Origin: Promethearchaeia archaeon
GTDB lineage: Archaea > Asgardarchaeota > Lokiarchaeia > Sigyniarchaeales > SOKP01
Length of the DNA stretch: 64,000 bases
Reading direction: 5' to 3'
Assembly: GCA_029856105.1 (NCBI GenBank)
Contig: JAHQWH010000015.1
Coordinates: forward strand, 128,001-192,000
Shown here: positions 9,660-19,031 of the stretch, piece after piece
Layout: the number at the start of each line of letters is the position of its first letter
How positions within the stretch are numbered: the stretch's first letter is position 1
Notes under the pieces: model-generated
The model's input: the letters and a program-made list of their open reading frames with translations, nothing else
What the model was told of the DNA's origin: nothing
The model's database searches: none
Made by a program: the position numbers and the translations under genes

Positions 9660-10679
9660 CTATTCTAACGATTCCCCAAGTGCCAGCCGGCATAAATCAC
9701 TAAGGATATAATTTGTTAATCCTTTCCGTCCCACTTTAGAGCCTAGGCTTTCCATACACATAGGACAAGTATAAACACAAGCTTCAGCACCATGTTCTAA
9801 CATGTCGTTTACATTATCGTTTTGAGCTTTGCGCATTAAAGTTTTTTTACCGAGACTTGCGAACAAACCAGCACAACACATAGCATTTTCTCGATCGTAC
9901 TTTCTCTCAACTCTTTCAACATCTATTAACTTACAGATTTTGTCTACATATTCATCAATTTCAGGAATAAACCTATTTGAGCAAGACCTTTGATAAGCAA
10001 TTTTCATATTTAGCTTTTTAATATCAGACTCGTGTTCTTTTAAATAGTTATAGAGATATTCGTAGATATGAATCGGTTTAAAATCTGGTGGAAGTTCTAT
10101 GTTGTTTCGAGGGCAATAAGAAGCGTAGAAACCGTAGCATTCGTCGTGATAGCAAATCATTTCTTTAATACCTTGCTTTTTTATATTTTCAATAATTATT
10201 GGTGCTCTTTCTTTAATTATAGAATCCCTTGCATAATGATGATACATTAAATTGCAAAAAAAATCAAGACCACTTACATATTGTAGATTTTCAAACAATT
10301 GTCCCTGCATACGTTTAATATCTGTTTTTCCAAATGCACATTTATTTAGTACGGGCTTATTTGGATCGATTTCCTTTAATCTTAATTCCGTATGAGGTGC
10401 GTATCTTTTTATTGTATTTTCAAGTATGCTAGCGTTTATACTTAAAGAATTATACTTCTCCTGTAATTCTGTTATTAAATCGAAAGGATGAGCCCCGTAA
10501 GGGCAATATTCGTCGCAAGCAAAGCAAGTTACACACTCTGTTAATACTCGAGATTCCTCTCTATTAATCATCTTACTTTTTTCTGCTCGTGCTTCCTCGA
10601 TATCTTTGAATTCAATCCATTGACAGCGAGTTAAACAATCAACTTTCTCACAATCTGCACAATGTGAACTATCAAACAT
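9660..10679 (-). CDS. (Fe-S)-binding CCG-domain oxidoreductase, paralog B (tandem duplicate)
   Basis: Same motifs as paralog A, with long nucleotide-identical stretches; the upstream ATG at 10692 is out of frame. Confidence 0.8.
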   Translation of the reverse strand: MFDSSHCADCEKVDCLTRCQWIEFKDIEEARAEKSKMINREESRVLTECVTCFACDEYCPYGAHPFDLITELQEKYNSLSINASILENTIKRYAPHTELRLKEIDPNKPVLNKCAFGKTDIKRMQGQLFENLQYVSGLDFFCNLMYHHYARDSIIKERAPIIIENIKKQGIKEMICYHDECYGFYASYCPRNNIELPPDFKPIHIYEYLYNYLKEHESDIKKLNMKIAYQRSCSNRFIPEIDEYVDKICKLIDVERVERKYDRENAMCCAGLFASLGKKTLMRKAQNDNVNDMLEHGAEACVYTCPMCMESLGSKVGRKGLTNYILSDLCRLALGESLE

Positions 10680-10779
10680 TTTTTACACTCATTTAATATA
10701 TGAATTTTTTATAAATTAATATTTAAAATGAAATTTAAGTAATATAAATAAGTTTTCTTAAAATTTGTTATGTTAAATT

Positions 10780-11295
10780 TTAAATTTTAAGAGTAAATTC
10801 CCACGCGCAATAGTAATTATCCGGGTGACTATCGGGAGGACAGCATATACATTTTGTTTCAATTCTAGGGTCAATAGTTTTTGCAAAATCGCCGTATTCA
10901 ATAACGCCTACTGGTTTGCAAGGAAAATCGGGAAGTCCTCTACTATTTCTGGCGAATTGAACTCGGCAATTGTTCATACGGAACACGCAACGATTTTCAG
11001 AAACTTCTACAATTTCTTGTACGTTAATGTTTGCATACACTCTGAACTTCAAGGCTTTAACTAACGCGGGAATACCTCCATTTTTGGGAATATTAAAACT
11101 TTTCATGATGCGTTTTGCTTCTATTACAGTAAATCTTTTCCATTGTTCCACATCAAGCTCTATGGCCCTTTCCAGTCCATACTCTCTCTCCGCAACCTGA
11201 AACCAAGTTCCATCGATTGCTAACCAGTTTTTGCTTAAATCTTCAATATAATTAATTAATTCTTCTTTAGTAAGTTTTTCTAAATCTTCTCTCAT
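10780..11295 (-). CDS. DUF6125-like Cys-containing protein
   Basis: WLAIDGTWF...E..YG.E.A.ELD..W, CRVQ.AR...GL.DFPCK, C.CCPPD.HP...YCAWEF pattern. Confidence 0.75.
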   Translation of the reverse strand: MREDLEKLTKEELINYIEDLSKNWLAIDGTWFQVAEREYGLERAIELDVEQWKRFTVIEAKRIMKSFNIPKNGGIPALVKALKFRVYANINVQEIVEVSENRCVFRMNNCRVQFARNSRGLPDFPCKPVGVIEYGDFAKTIDPRIETKCICCPPDSHPDNYYCAWEFTLKI

Positions 11296-11329
11296 TTTCT
11301 AATCATACCAATTTAAGTTTGTTTTTGTA

Positions 11330-13150
11330 TTACTTTTCTAACTCCCTATCTTCTCTACGGGATTGTTTAAATATTTCTCGAGATTCTTCAATGGTTTGGG
11401 CTCGATTTCTTAAAGAATTAATATCCTCTATAGGAAAATCTTCCTTTTTATTCCATACTCTGCGCAATAAATGTGCTGCCATTTTAGGCCTTCTATCTCG
11501 AGTAAAAACGCCTTTATAATTTATCGAACCCATTCGAGTTATTCCTTGAGAAGTTTTAAAGTCGCACATATTCCATACATGCTCACCTATCACGTAAGGT
11601 TTACTCCGACAGACTTTAATATATTTTTTTATGAATTCAGTTTGGTATTCTTCGCTAAACATTTCAGGCGGTTGAGAATGCCATCCAGGAATTGTGTCTG
11701 CTCCAAATTCACTAAGTATAATTGGTTTACGATGCTTTTCGTATAGTTTGTCCATTTCTTTTGAAAGGATTTCGCAAGCCTCATTTATATTTCCTGGTTG
11801 CGTATACCATCCATAATATCGATTGATACATAATACATCGCAAAACTCAAAAGCTTTTTCTTTTACACCCATCATATTTACTACAGTTACGGGTCGAGTA
11901 CTATCTAATTCTTTTGTTCTGTCGTATAAAGTTCTGAAAAATTCCCCAGATTTCAAGCTGTTGTGCGGTTCGTTTGCCAAGCTCCACATTATAACGCTTG
12001 GATGGTTTTTATCTCTCTTTATCAATTCTTCAATGTATTGATTGCATAATACTTGTTGTTTATCAATTACATCTTTTTTAAACGTAAGACCTACGGCAGG
12101 AATTTCGTTAATGACCAAAAAACCAAGACGATCTGCTAAATCCATCATTTGTTCTGAATACGGATAATGCGAAGTTCGAAAAGAGTTAGCTCCGATCCAA
12201 TTCATCAATGAATAGTCTTTGATTATTACTGCTGGAACATAACCACTCCCCGTAATTGGAAAATCCTCATGGCGCCCAAATCCTGTTAGATAAATTGGTT
12301 TATCATTTAATAGCAACTTATCTCCTTTCACTTCTATAGTCCGAATCCCTACTTTAAGCGAATAAGAATCGATTATAGAATCCTCTTTTACGATGTCAAC
12401 TGTTAGATCGTATAAATTAGGCGTTTCTGTATTCCAAAACTTTGCTTTTTTTACTTCAAAAGTTGTATTTTGAATATTTTGCTCAATTTTCGAGGTACTA
12501 GTTAATTCTGATCCAAATCCTTTTAGAGAAAGATTCGCGTAGGCATCATTTAAGTTGACAGTTTCTATTGTAACATCTAATAATCCAATAGTATCTTTTA
12601 TAGATGTTCTGACAGAGATATCTTTTAATCCTTCTTTAGGAATAGCATATAGTAATACTGGTCTATGAATTCCGCAGAATGGATAAAAATCAAAGTTAGT
12701 TTGAGGATAGTTCATTGGACGGCCACTGGGTGGTACGTGATTATCTGACAATCTCCCATCTACTCTAACTACAAGAAGATTGTCTTCCGGTTCGATCTTG
12801 TTAGATATATCGTATTCAAAGGGTAGATGTCCCCCTTCGTGATGACCTATCACCTCTCCATTTAACCACACATCAGATAGATAATTAACCGAACCAAATC
12901 TAATTATGATTTTTTTATTATCCCAATCCCAAGGTTTCATAAAACTACATTGATACCACGCAGGTCCTAAATTATCGCGATTCTCCGCAAATTGATCGTT
13001 CCAGCTCGCAGGTACGGCTATTGGGCGGCTATTATTAAAACCATTCTTCCAATTCTCATCCAAACCTTTATTGTTTGTATCAAAACGAAATTCCCAAAAA
13101 CCAGATAATTCGATAAACTGACGAAATAAATTTCTTTGTGGATAGAGCAA
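11330..13150 (-). CDS. uidA: Beta-glucuronidase (GH2)
   Basis: VPASWND, HEGGHLPF, GFGRHED, ANSFRTSHYPY, WSLANEP (acid/base Glu), SEFGAD (nucleophile Glu), NYKGVFTRDR (N-K motif typical of glucuronidases). Confidence 0.9.
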   Translation of the reverse strand: MLYPQRNLFRQFIELSGFWEFRFDTNNKGLDENWKNGFNNSRPIAVPASWNDQFAENRDNLGPAWYQCSFMKPWDWDNKKIIIRFGSVNYLSDVWLNGEVIGHHEGGHLPFEYDISNKIEPEDNLLVVRVDGRLSDNHVPPSGRPMNYPQTNFDFYPFCGIHRPVLLYAIPKEGLKDISVRTSIKDTIGLLDVTIETVNLNDAYANLSLKGFGSELTSTSKIEQNIQNTTFEVKKAKFWNTETPNLYDLTVDIVKEDSIIDSYSLKVGIRTIEVKGDKLLLNDKPIYLTGFGRHEDFPITGSGYVPAVIIKDYSLMNWIGANSFRTSHYPYSEQMMDLADRLGFLVINEIPAVGLTFKKDVIDKQQVLCNQYIEELIKRDKNHPSVIMWSLANEPHNSLKSGEFFRTLYDRTKELDSTRPVTVVNMMGVKEKAFEFCDVLCINRYYGWYTQPGNINEACEILSKEMDKLYEKHRKPIILSEFGADTIPGWHSQPPEMFSEEYQTEFIKKYIKVCRSKPYVIGEHVWNMCDFKTSQGITRMGSINYKGVFTRDRRPKMAAHLLRRVWNKKEDFPIEDINSLRNRAQTIEESREIFKQSRREDRELEK

Positions 13151-13332
13151 TATAATTCCTCTGATGAGACTTAATCTTTGTATTTTTATTGCAAAAAATT
13201 ATTAATATTATTTAAAATATATCATATTGACTATTTCTTTAATACCTATGTTTTAACCTATTAAAACGTAATAGATGTGAAAAAATTATGTTTAAAAATG
13301 CTGCTGATTTTTTAAATCTAAAGGTAATTTAA

Positions 13333-14364
13333 ATGATTGAAACAGATATAACAAAAATGTTTGGCATTAAATATCCGATATTTAGTGCCCCAATGGGTCC
13401 ATTCTTTACGAGAGACTTGGCTCTTGCAGTTAGTGAGGCCGGAGGTTTGGGTGTTTTATCAAATGTAAATATTATTGGAACAGATCCTGTAGAGGAACAT
13501 AAAAAAAGCATAGAATACATGATAGAACATACAGATAAACCATTTGGTATTAACTTCCTTACTTCTCGAAATAATCCAGGCGTTAAATCAATGATAAGAA
13601 CCATTCCAAAAATTGTCATGAACAATGTGAGAATGCGAGATCAATGTAAGTATTGGTTAACTTCTGCAGGCTCTTCAAAACTATTACCTGCATCTAAATA
13701 TTTTCAAGAATTAAGAGCAAATTCGGAAGTTAAACATTTTCACGTAGCACCAGCAGTTTGGCTAGCGCAAAAATGCATAGATGCTAATGTGGACGGTATT
13801 GTCGTTACTGGTACCGAGGGGGGAGGACATCAATCATATGAAAGAGTGTCAACCCTTGTTTTATTACAGCAGATAAACAAGCACTTCCCTGATTTACCTA
13901 AAATAGCTTGTGGAGGATTTGCTACAGGAGAGTCTTTAGTAGCAGCTCTTTCGTTAGGAGCAGGAGCAGTAGCCATGGGATCGCGCTTTATAGCATCAAA
14001 AGAAAGCGAATTTCATGATGATTATAAAGCATTGATTCCACCAGGGATCCCACAAGATACAGGACTATACACCGGGGCATTTGGCCCTATCCGCTTGTAT
14101 AAAAATAAATATGCCCTATCACATCCCGCACCTAGCAGTAAAGAAGAAATGATAGCTTATGAGGAATCAATAACTCCCGAACAGCGAGCGAAAGATTTAG
14201 GAGCCTACGATAGGGTTTATTCAGGAGATATGGAAACAGGCGCTATACTGCTCGGTCAATCAATAGGAATTATAGATCGTATAGATGGAGTAAATGAAAT
14301 CATTGAGAGAATAATGAAGGATGCAGAAAATACGATAAGGAAAAACACGTCCATGCTAAATTAA
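13333..14364 (+). CDS. Nitronate monooxygenase / FabK-like FMN oxidoreductase
   Basis: YPIFSAPMG, AVSEAGGLG, GTEGGGH, IACGG, GAGAVAMGSRF, GQSIG. Confidence 0.85.
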   Translation: MIETDITKMFGIKYPIFSAPMGPFFTRDLALAVSEAGGLGVLSNVNIIGTDPVEEHKKSIEYMIEHTDKPFGINFLTSRNNPGVKSMIRTIPKIVMNNVRMRDQCKYWLTSAGSSKLLPASKYFQELRANSEVKHFHVAPAVWLAQKCIDANVDGIVVTGTEGGGHQSYERVSTLVLLQQINKHFPDLPKIACGGFATGESLVAALSLGAGAVAMGSRFIASKESEFHDDYKALIPPGIPQDTGLYTGAFGPIRLYKNKYALSHPAPSSKEEMIAYEESITPEQRAKDLGAYDRVYSGDMETGAILLGQSIGIIDRIDGVNEIIERIMKDAENTIRKNTSMLN

Positions 14365-14423
14365 TCCCATTTTCTTTTTTCTATCAACTTTCATTAATAC
14401 TTTTTAATATCTTTATTTTTGTT

Positions 14424-15713
14424 TTATAGAAGTGTCTGAGCAAACATGTTAATTTTATCTTTAATGATTTTTTCAGACGTCATTCGCTTATCACCGACAT
14501 CTAAATCTATTATAAGCATAGGAATGCCCACTTCGTCCCTTAATGCCTCCCTTAATATCTGCGGAACGCTTCCAAATTGTTTACAACCTAAGTGTGAAGT
14601 AAAAATGAAACAATCTGTGGTAAATTCTTTGGCTAATCTCACGCAATCGTCAATAAAGGGATAAAAGAATTCTGTAGATTGCTTAATCATTGGAAGACTC
14701 ATCCCTTTTTTAGCCATTCCGTAAAATAATGTATCCAAATCAGATTTTGTATTGATGGGATCATAAAAGTTGTAATTAAAAATATCGAATAAAATGCTCA
14801 TCCCCAATTCTCGATCTAAATATTCACATAACCCCAAATCGAAAAAAATGATCATGTACGGCCATATACTTCGTATTTTTTCTTCAGCACCATGATGCTC
14901 TTTATTTTTGTAGCGGATCTTAGCAATTTCAAGCATATCGCGATAAAAATCTAATTTTTCTTCGCGCCCTGACATAAAAGTTGCGGCAGCTGCGGACAAT
15001 GCGTTATACATGTTTTCTAAGGGACAGGGAGTCGCTTTTTTTAATTCAAATATTTCAAGTTGGGTTTTGTTCGTTTCATTTTCTAGTTCAATATGTTTTC
15101 TCATTTTTTGATAGTCGGGTACTTGACCAATTACTTTACCTAATTCATCTAAACTTAGCCTTAGTTGTTCTCCATAATAAGTATAGCTTTTTTCTTCCCA
15201 AAGAAACGGTAAATCGGGTGTTATTAAGGGAATATTTTTATGATACCTAAAAAAGGGATAAGACGCGTAAGTGTTGTCGCACGGCGCGGTTGGTGTGATA
15301 ATTGCGTCAAACTTGAATAAATCGTCAAGAGTCATCCCCATTGTCCCTTTTTGGGAAGTGCACGTGTGGAATGGATGACCCCAGCTAGTTATTAAGTCAT
15401 AATAGGGTTCAGAACCATCAGGTAATAATGCTGATATGAAATACGAGACCGCTTCAACACAAACGGGCACGCAATCAAAACAATAAAGATAATCTGAGGG
15501 GAAAGCAAAATGGTATCCAATTATAGGTTTCCCTTCTCCCGCTTTTTTGATGAAATCAGCCATTACTAAGTCGATGTATTTTAATCCTAACCTCAATGCC
15601 GGCATTCCATCTTCGGGAAGTATTTTCTCAACCAACTCGTATGTAGTGGACACGGCTTGTTTTAACATCTTATAGGGAATTATTCTATTTTCTAATTTTG
15701 ATTTATCAACCAT
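14424..15713 (-). CDS. 2-hydroxyacyl-CoA dehydratase / benzoyl-CoA reductase family subunit (HgdA/BcrB-like), paralog 1
   Basis: HTCTSQKG, APCD, GCKQ, GIPMLIIDLDVGD motifs. Confidence 0.8.
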   Translation of the reverse strand: MVDKSKLENRIIPYKMLKQAVSTTYELVEKILPEDGMPALRLGLKYIDLVMADFIKKAGEGKPIIGYHFAFPSDYLYCFDCVPVCVEAVSYFISALLPDGSEPYYDLITSWGHPFHTCTSQKGTMGMTLDDLFKFDAIITPTAPCDNTYASYPFFRYHKNIPLITPDLPFLWEEKSYTYYGEQLRLSLDELGKVIGQVPDYQKMRKHIELENETNKTQLEIFELKKATPCPLENMYNALSAAAATFMSGREEKLDFYRDMLEIAKIRYKNKEHHGAEEKIRSIWPYMIIFFDLGLCEYLDRELGMSILFDIFNYNFYDPINTKSDLDTLFYGMAKKGMSLPMIKQSTEFFYPFIDDCVRLAKEFTTDCFIFTSHLGCKQFGSVPQILREALRDEVGIPMLIIDLDVGDKRMTSEKIIKDKINMFAQTLL

Positions 15714-15752
15714 AGATAGTTATACCATTTTTCATTTAATTATAATAATATG

Positions 15753-17042
15753 TTACATGAGCGTTTGAACAAACATAGTTATTTTATCTTTAAAAGCTTT
15801 TAAAGAAGTCATTCGAGCATCTCCTACGTCGAAATCAATTATTAACATAGGGATCCCAACTTCATCTTGAAGAGCTTCTCTTAAAAGTTGTGGGACGGCG
15901 CCAAATTGCTTACACGCAATACTTTGAGTGTAAATAAAACAGTCTGCACTAAAATCTTTAGCCATTCTAATACAATCGTCTAAGAAAGGATAATAGAATT
16001 CCGAAGATTGCTTCACCATCGGCCAACCCATAGCTTTCTTTGCCATTCCATAAAACAATGAATCTGAATCAGATTTTGTATCAATTAAATCTGATAGATT
16101 ATAGTTAAAAATATCTAATAAAATGCTCATACCTAATTCGCGATCTAACCATTCACATAAAGAAATGTCGAAGAATGTGAGCATATAAGGCCAGATGGAT
16201 CTAACTCGTTCTTCACCTCCATAATGCTCCTTGTTTTTATACCTATTTTTTGCGAGTTCCAACATTCTTTGGTAAAAAGAAAGGTTTTCAGATGTTCCTG
16301 AAATAAATATAGTTGTTGCAGCTGAAACTGGATTAAACATGTTCTCGATTGGGCTCGGAACAGCCTTAATTAAATCGAATAATTCCATTTTTAATTTTGT
16401 TACATCGTTCTCTAATTCCAAAGCATTTCTCATTTTTTCAAAATCAGGTTCTTGACCAATTACTTTACCTAATTCCTCTAAACTTAGCTTTAATTGTTCT
16501 CCGTAATACTTGTAGCTTTTATCCTCGTGAAGAAAGGGCATGTCAGCAATGATTAAAGGAAACTTTTTTTCTAGTTTAAAAAAAGGGTAAGACGCGCAAG
16601 TGGAGTCACAGGGCGCTGTTGGAGTGATAATCGCGTCGAATTTAAATAAATCTTCTAAGCTCATTCCCATTACCCCCTTTTGGGCAGAACATGTATGAAA
16701 AGGGTGCCCCCAATTACCAATTAAATCATAGTAGGACTCGACACCACTTAAAAGTAAAGCCCCAAGAAAAAATGAAACCCCTTCAATACAAATTGGGACG
16801 CAATCAAAACATTTTAAGTATTCTGGCTGAAATGCAAAGTGATATCCCACTATTGGCAATCCTTCTCTTGCCTTTTCGATATCTTTACGAACTACAGACA
16901 ATATTTCTTCCAATGCAATTCTTAACGAAGGAAGTCCGCCATCAGGTAATATCTTATCGATTAATTCATGAGTTGTTGACATAGAATTTAATAACATCTG
17001 ATAAGGAATAATCCTGTTTCCCATCTCTGTTTTGTTATGCAT
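15753..17042 (-). CDS. 2-hydroxyacyl-CoA dehydratase family subunit, paralog 2 (tandem duplicate)
   Basis: Colinear 429-aa paralog of 14424-15713 with the same Cys motifs. Confidence 0.8.
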   Translation of the reverse strand: MHNKTEMGNRIIPYQMLLNSMSTTHELIDKILPDGGLPSLRIALEEILSVVRKDIEKAREGLPIVGYHFAFQPEYLKCFDCVPICIEGVSFFLGALLLSGVESYYDLIGNWGHPFHTCSAQKGVMGMSLEDLFKFDAIITPTAPCDSTCASYPFFKLEKKFPLIIADMPFLHEDKSYKYYGEQLKLSLEELGKVIGQEPDFEKMRNALELENDVTKLKMELFDLIKAVPSPIENMFNPVSAATTIFISGTSENLSFYQRMLELAKNRYKNKEHYGGEERVRSIWPYMLTFFDISLCEWLDRELGMSILLDIFNYNLSDLIDTKSDSDSLFYGMAKKAMGWPMVKQSSEFYYPFLDDCIRMAKDFSADCFIYTQSIACKQFGAVPQLLREALQDEVGIPMLIIDFDVGDARMTSLKAFKDKITMFVQTLM

Positions 17043-17088
17043 ATTTTTAATCCAAATTAATTCAGTAAGCTTTTTCCAAATTTTAATA

Positions 17089-18240
17089 TTATTTTATCAT
17101 TTCTAAAAATGCTTCAATACGCGTTTGAAGTCTTGTTGTGTCTGCTTGGTAGAATTCGCGATCGAGTTCCAAAACAGGAATCTCCAAATCCTTTAGCCTA
17201 TGTAAATGGAGCATGTTATCACATCCTGCTAGATCACAGTTGTTTATTCTCTGTAAGATAACTCCATCAATATTTGCTCTGTCAATTTCATTTCTTAGAA
17301 AATTAAATCGCCTTTCATAATCATCCATCATTCTAGGGCAAGAAAGTCTGAAATACAAGCGCTTTGATATATTTTTTAATGGGTTATTTCCATTACCTAT
17401 GTGTACATCATCTAAAAAGTTGCGAGTTCCAAAGCATAAAGAATCAGACACTATTAAGGCTCCAGAATCTTCAATTAATCTGGTAAAATCAGTACTATCT
17501 ACTTCACTTCCAACGACCATTATTCTTTTACCATTCGATTTATTTCCTTCAGACTCTTTTAGGAATTTGAGAATTCTTTCTAATTCTTGGTTGGCAAATT
17601 CTTTAGGGATTGAGCTATTTGACATCGAAATTTGTAAGGCTTCGCTTCCCGTAATTTTTGGCGTATCAATAATTCTTAGTTCATGGATTTTTCGCAAAAG
17701 ATCGCGATTCTTATTGTATATTTTTATCGAATTATGTAAATCTTGATCAGTTATAATTTGATGAGTATAGGTTTCTTCTATTTCTTCTTTAAATTCTTCT
17801 ATTTCTTTATGGTACCATTCAAAACCTTCATCTGTTATAATATGAGGCATAGCAATATAAAACCGCGGAACCTTTTTTTCAAAACCTTTTCTTTTAAATA
17901 CTACTAAATCGAAGAGCTCGTACATTCGTCGAGTATGATCGCACGAATTACTTATAAAAAGACCATCTAAGAAATCATAGCCTCCTCTTAAAGCTAAATC
18001 TAGAGTTGCTCTGACAAATGAACATGTAAACCGTACCATATATATATCAGCTAAATCCGTGTCTTTATTTCCAGTTGCTCTAATTCTAAAAGGTAATAAA
18101 TTTGCAGCGTGCAGTAATTCTTCAGGAATGTAAGTACAATAATGACCAACCACCTTTTTATTCTTTTCTTGCCATTCCTTAACGTAAGAGTTCATAATTG
18201 AATTCGATATGTTAAGAAAAGGATCGTTATTTAAACTCAT
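17089..18240 (-). CDS. 2-hydroxyacyl-CoA dehydratase family partner subunit (HgdB/FldC/BcrC-like)
   Basis: CTYIPEELLHAA, CSFVR, NSCD, LCFG, CPRM, NNCD, RLQTRIEAFLEM. Confidence 0.85.
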   Translation of the reverse strand: MSLNNDPFLNISNSIMNSYVKEWQEKNKKVVGHYCTYIPEELLHAANLLPFRIRATGNKDTDLADIYMVRFTCSFVRATLDLALRGGYDFLDGLFISNSCDHTRRMYELFDLVVFKRKGFEKKVPRFYIAMPHIITDEGFEWYHKEIEEFKEEIEETYTHQIITDQDLHNSIKIYNKNRDLLRKIHELRIIDTPKITGSEALQISMSNSSIPKEFANQELERILKFLKESEGNKSNGKRIMVVGSEVDSTDFTRLIEDSGALIVSDSLCFGTRNFLDDVHIGNGNNPLKNISKRLYFRLSCPRMMDDYERRFNFLRNEIDRANIDGVILQRINNCDLAGCDNMLHLHRLKDLEIPVLELDREFYQADTTRLQTRIEAFLEMIK

Positions 18241-18740
18241 GGTAATAAATCTCCCTTGCTGTTTTTATAAACTTCATTCTTACCTATCATCAAACACCTT
18301 ACCAGTTTTATGGCAGCTACAAACGACCCTTTTATTTTTATTTTTCTGGGAATTAAATACTTTAGAAGTTTTATTAGTCCAAAGATATTACTTTTAGAGC
18401 GAATAATACTGCTTAGCACGCTAAGTATTTTTTCTTCTTTTACATTTACTATAATTCGTGCAACAGGATTATTAGCTTTCTCCACGCGACAATTAAAATT
18501 CTTTCTATCAGATGTAAGCATAAAAGTAATATATCCGTCTAATTCGACTAAATACATTTCTATTTCTTCACCATCCCATTTCCCTATTTTTTTAAAAGGC
18601 TCGTTGAGGCCAAATAAATCCACCAACATCTTTGCTAATCGAGCGATATTAAGTACTTTTGTTTCTCTAACTAAATTCTCTGCTTTAATATCCCTACTTG
18701 TTTTCTTAAGATTATCAATTTGAGAAATAGTAGCCACCAA
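18237..18740 (-). CDS. SCP2 (sterol carrier/lipid-binding)-like protein
   Basis: C-terminal KIKIKGSFVAAIKL resembles the SCP2 signature GKxKxxGDxxxAxK; 4-nt overlap with the dehydratase subunit. Confidence 0.55.
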   Translation of the reverse strand: MVATISQIDNLKKTSRDIKAENLVRETKVLNIARLAKMLVDLFGLNEPFKKIGKWDGEEIEMYLVELDGYITFMLTSDRKNFNCRVEKANNPVARIIVNVKEEKILSVLSSIIRSKSNIFGLIKLLKYLIPRKIKIKGSFVAAIKLVRCLMIGKNEVYKNSKGDLLP

Positions 18741-19031
18741 ATTTTAATTATTTGAAGCAATTATATAAAGATCATATTAGTTAGATTAGTTAATAAAGTT
18801 AAAGCTTTTATTAATTAATTGGAGAGTTTTATGCTAATATTCTTATTATACAAGTGTATTTAGAACTTAGACTTTAAAGGGATTAAAGTGGGCAAATTGC
18901 TCTCCTTCTTATAGGAAAAGTTTAATAACATTTTAATTTTCAATATCTTGTATCTATTTTGTTCATAAATAGATTAAATTAAAGCATTCAATGAAATAAT
19001 AAATTAAATAATAAAAAAATTTCAATAATGG

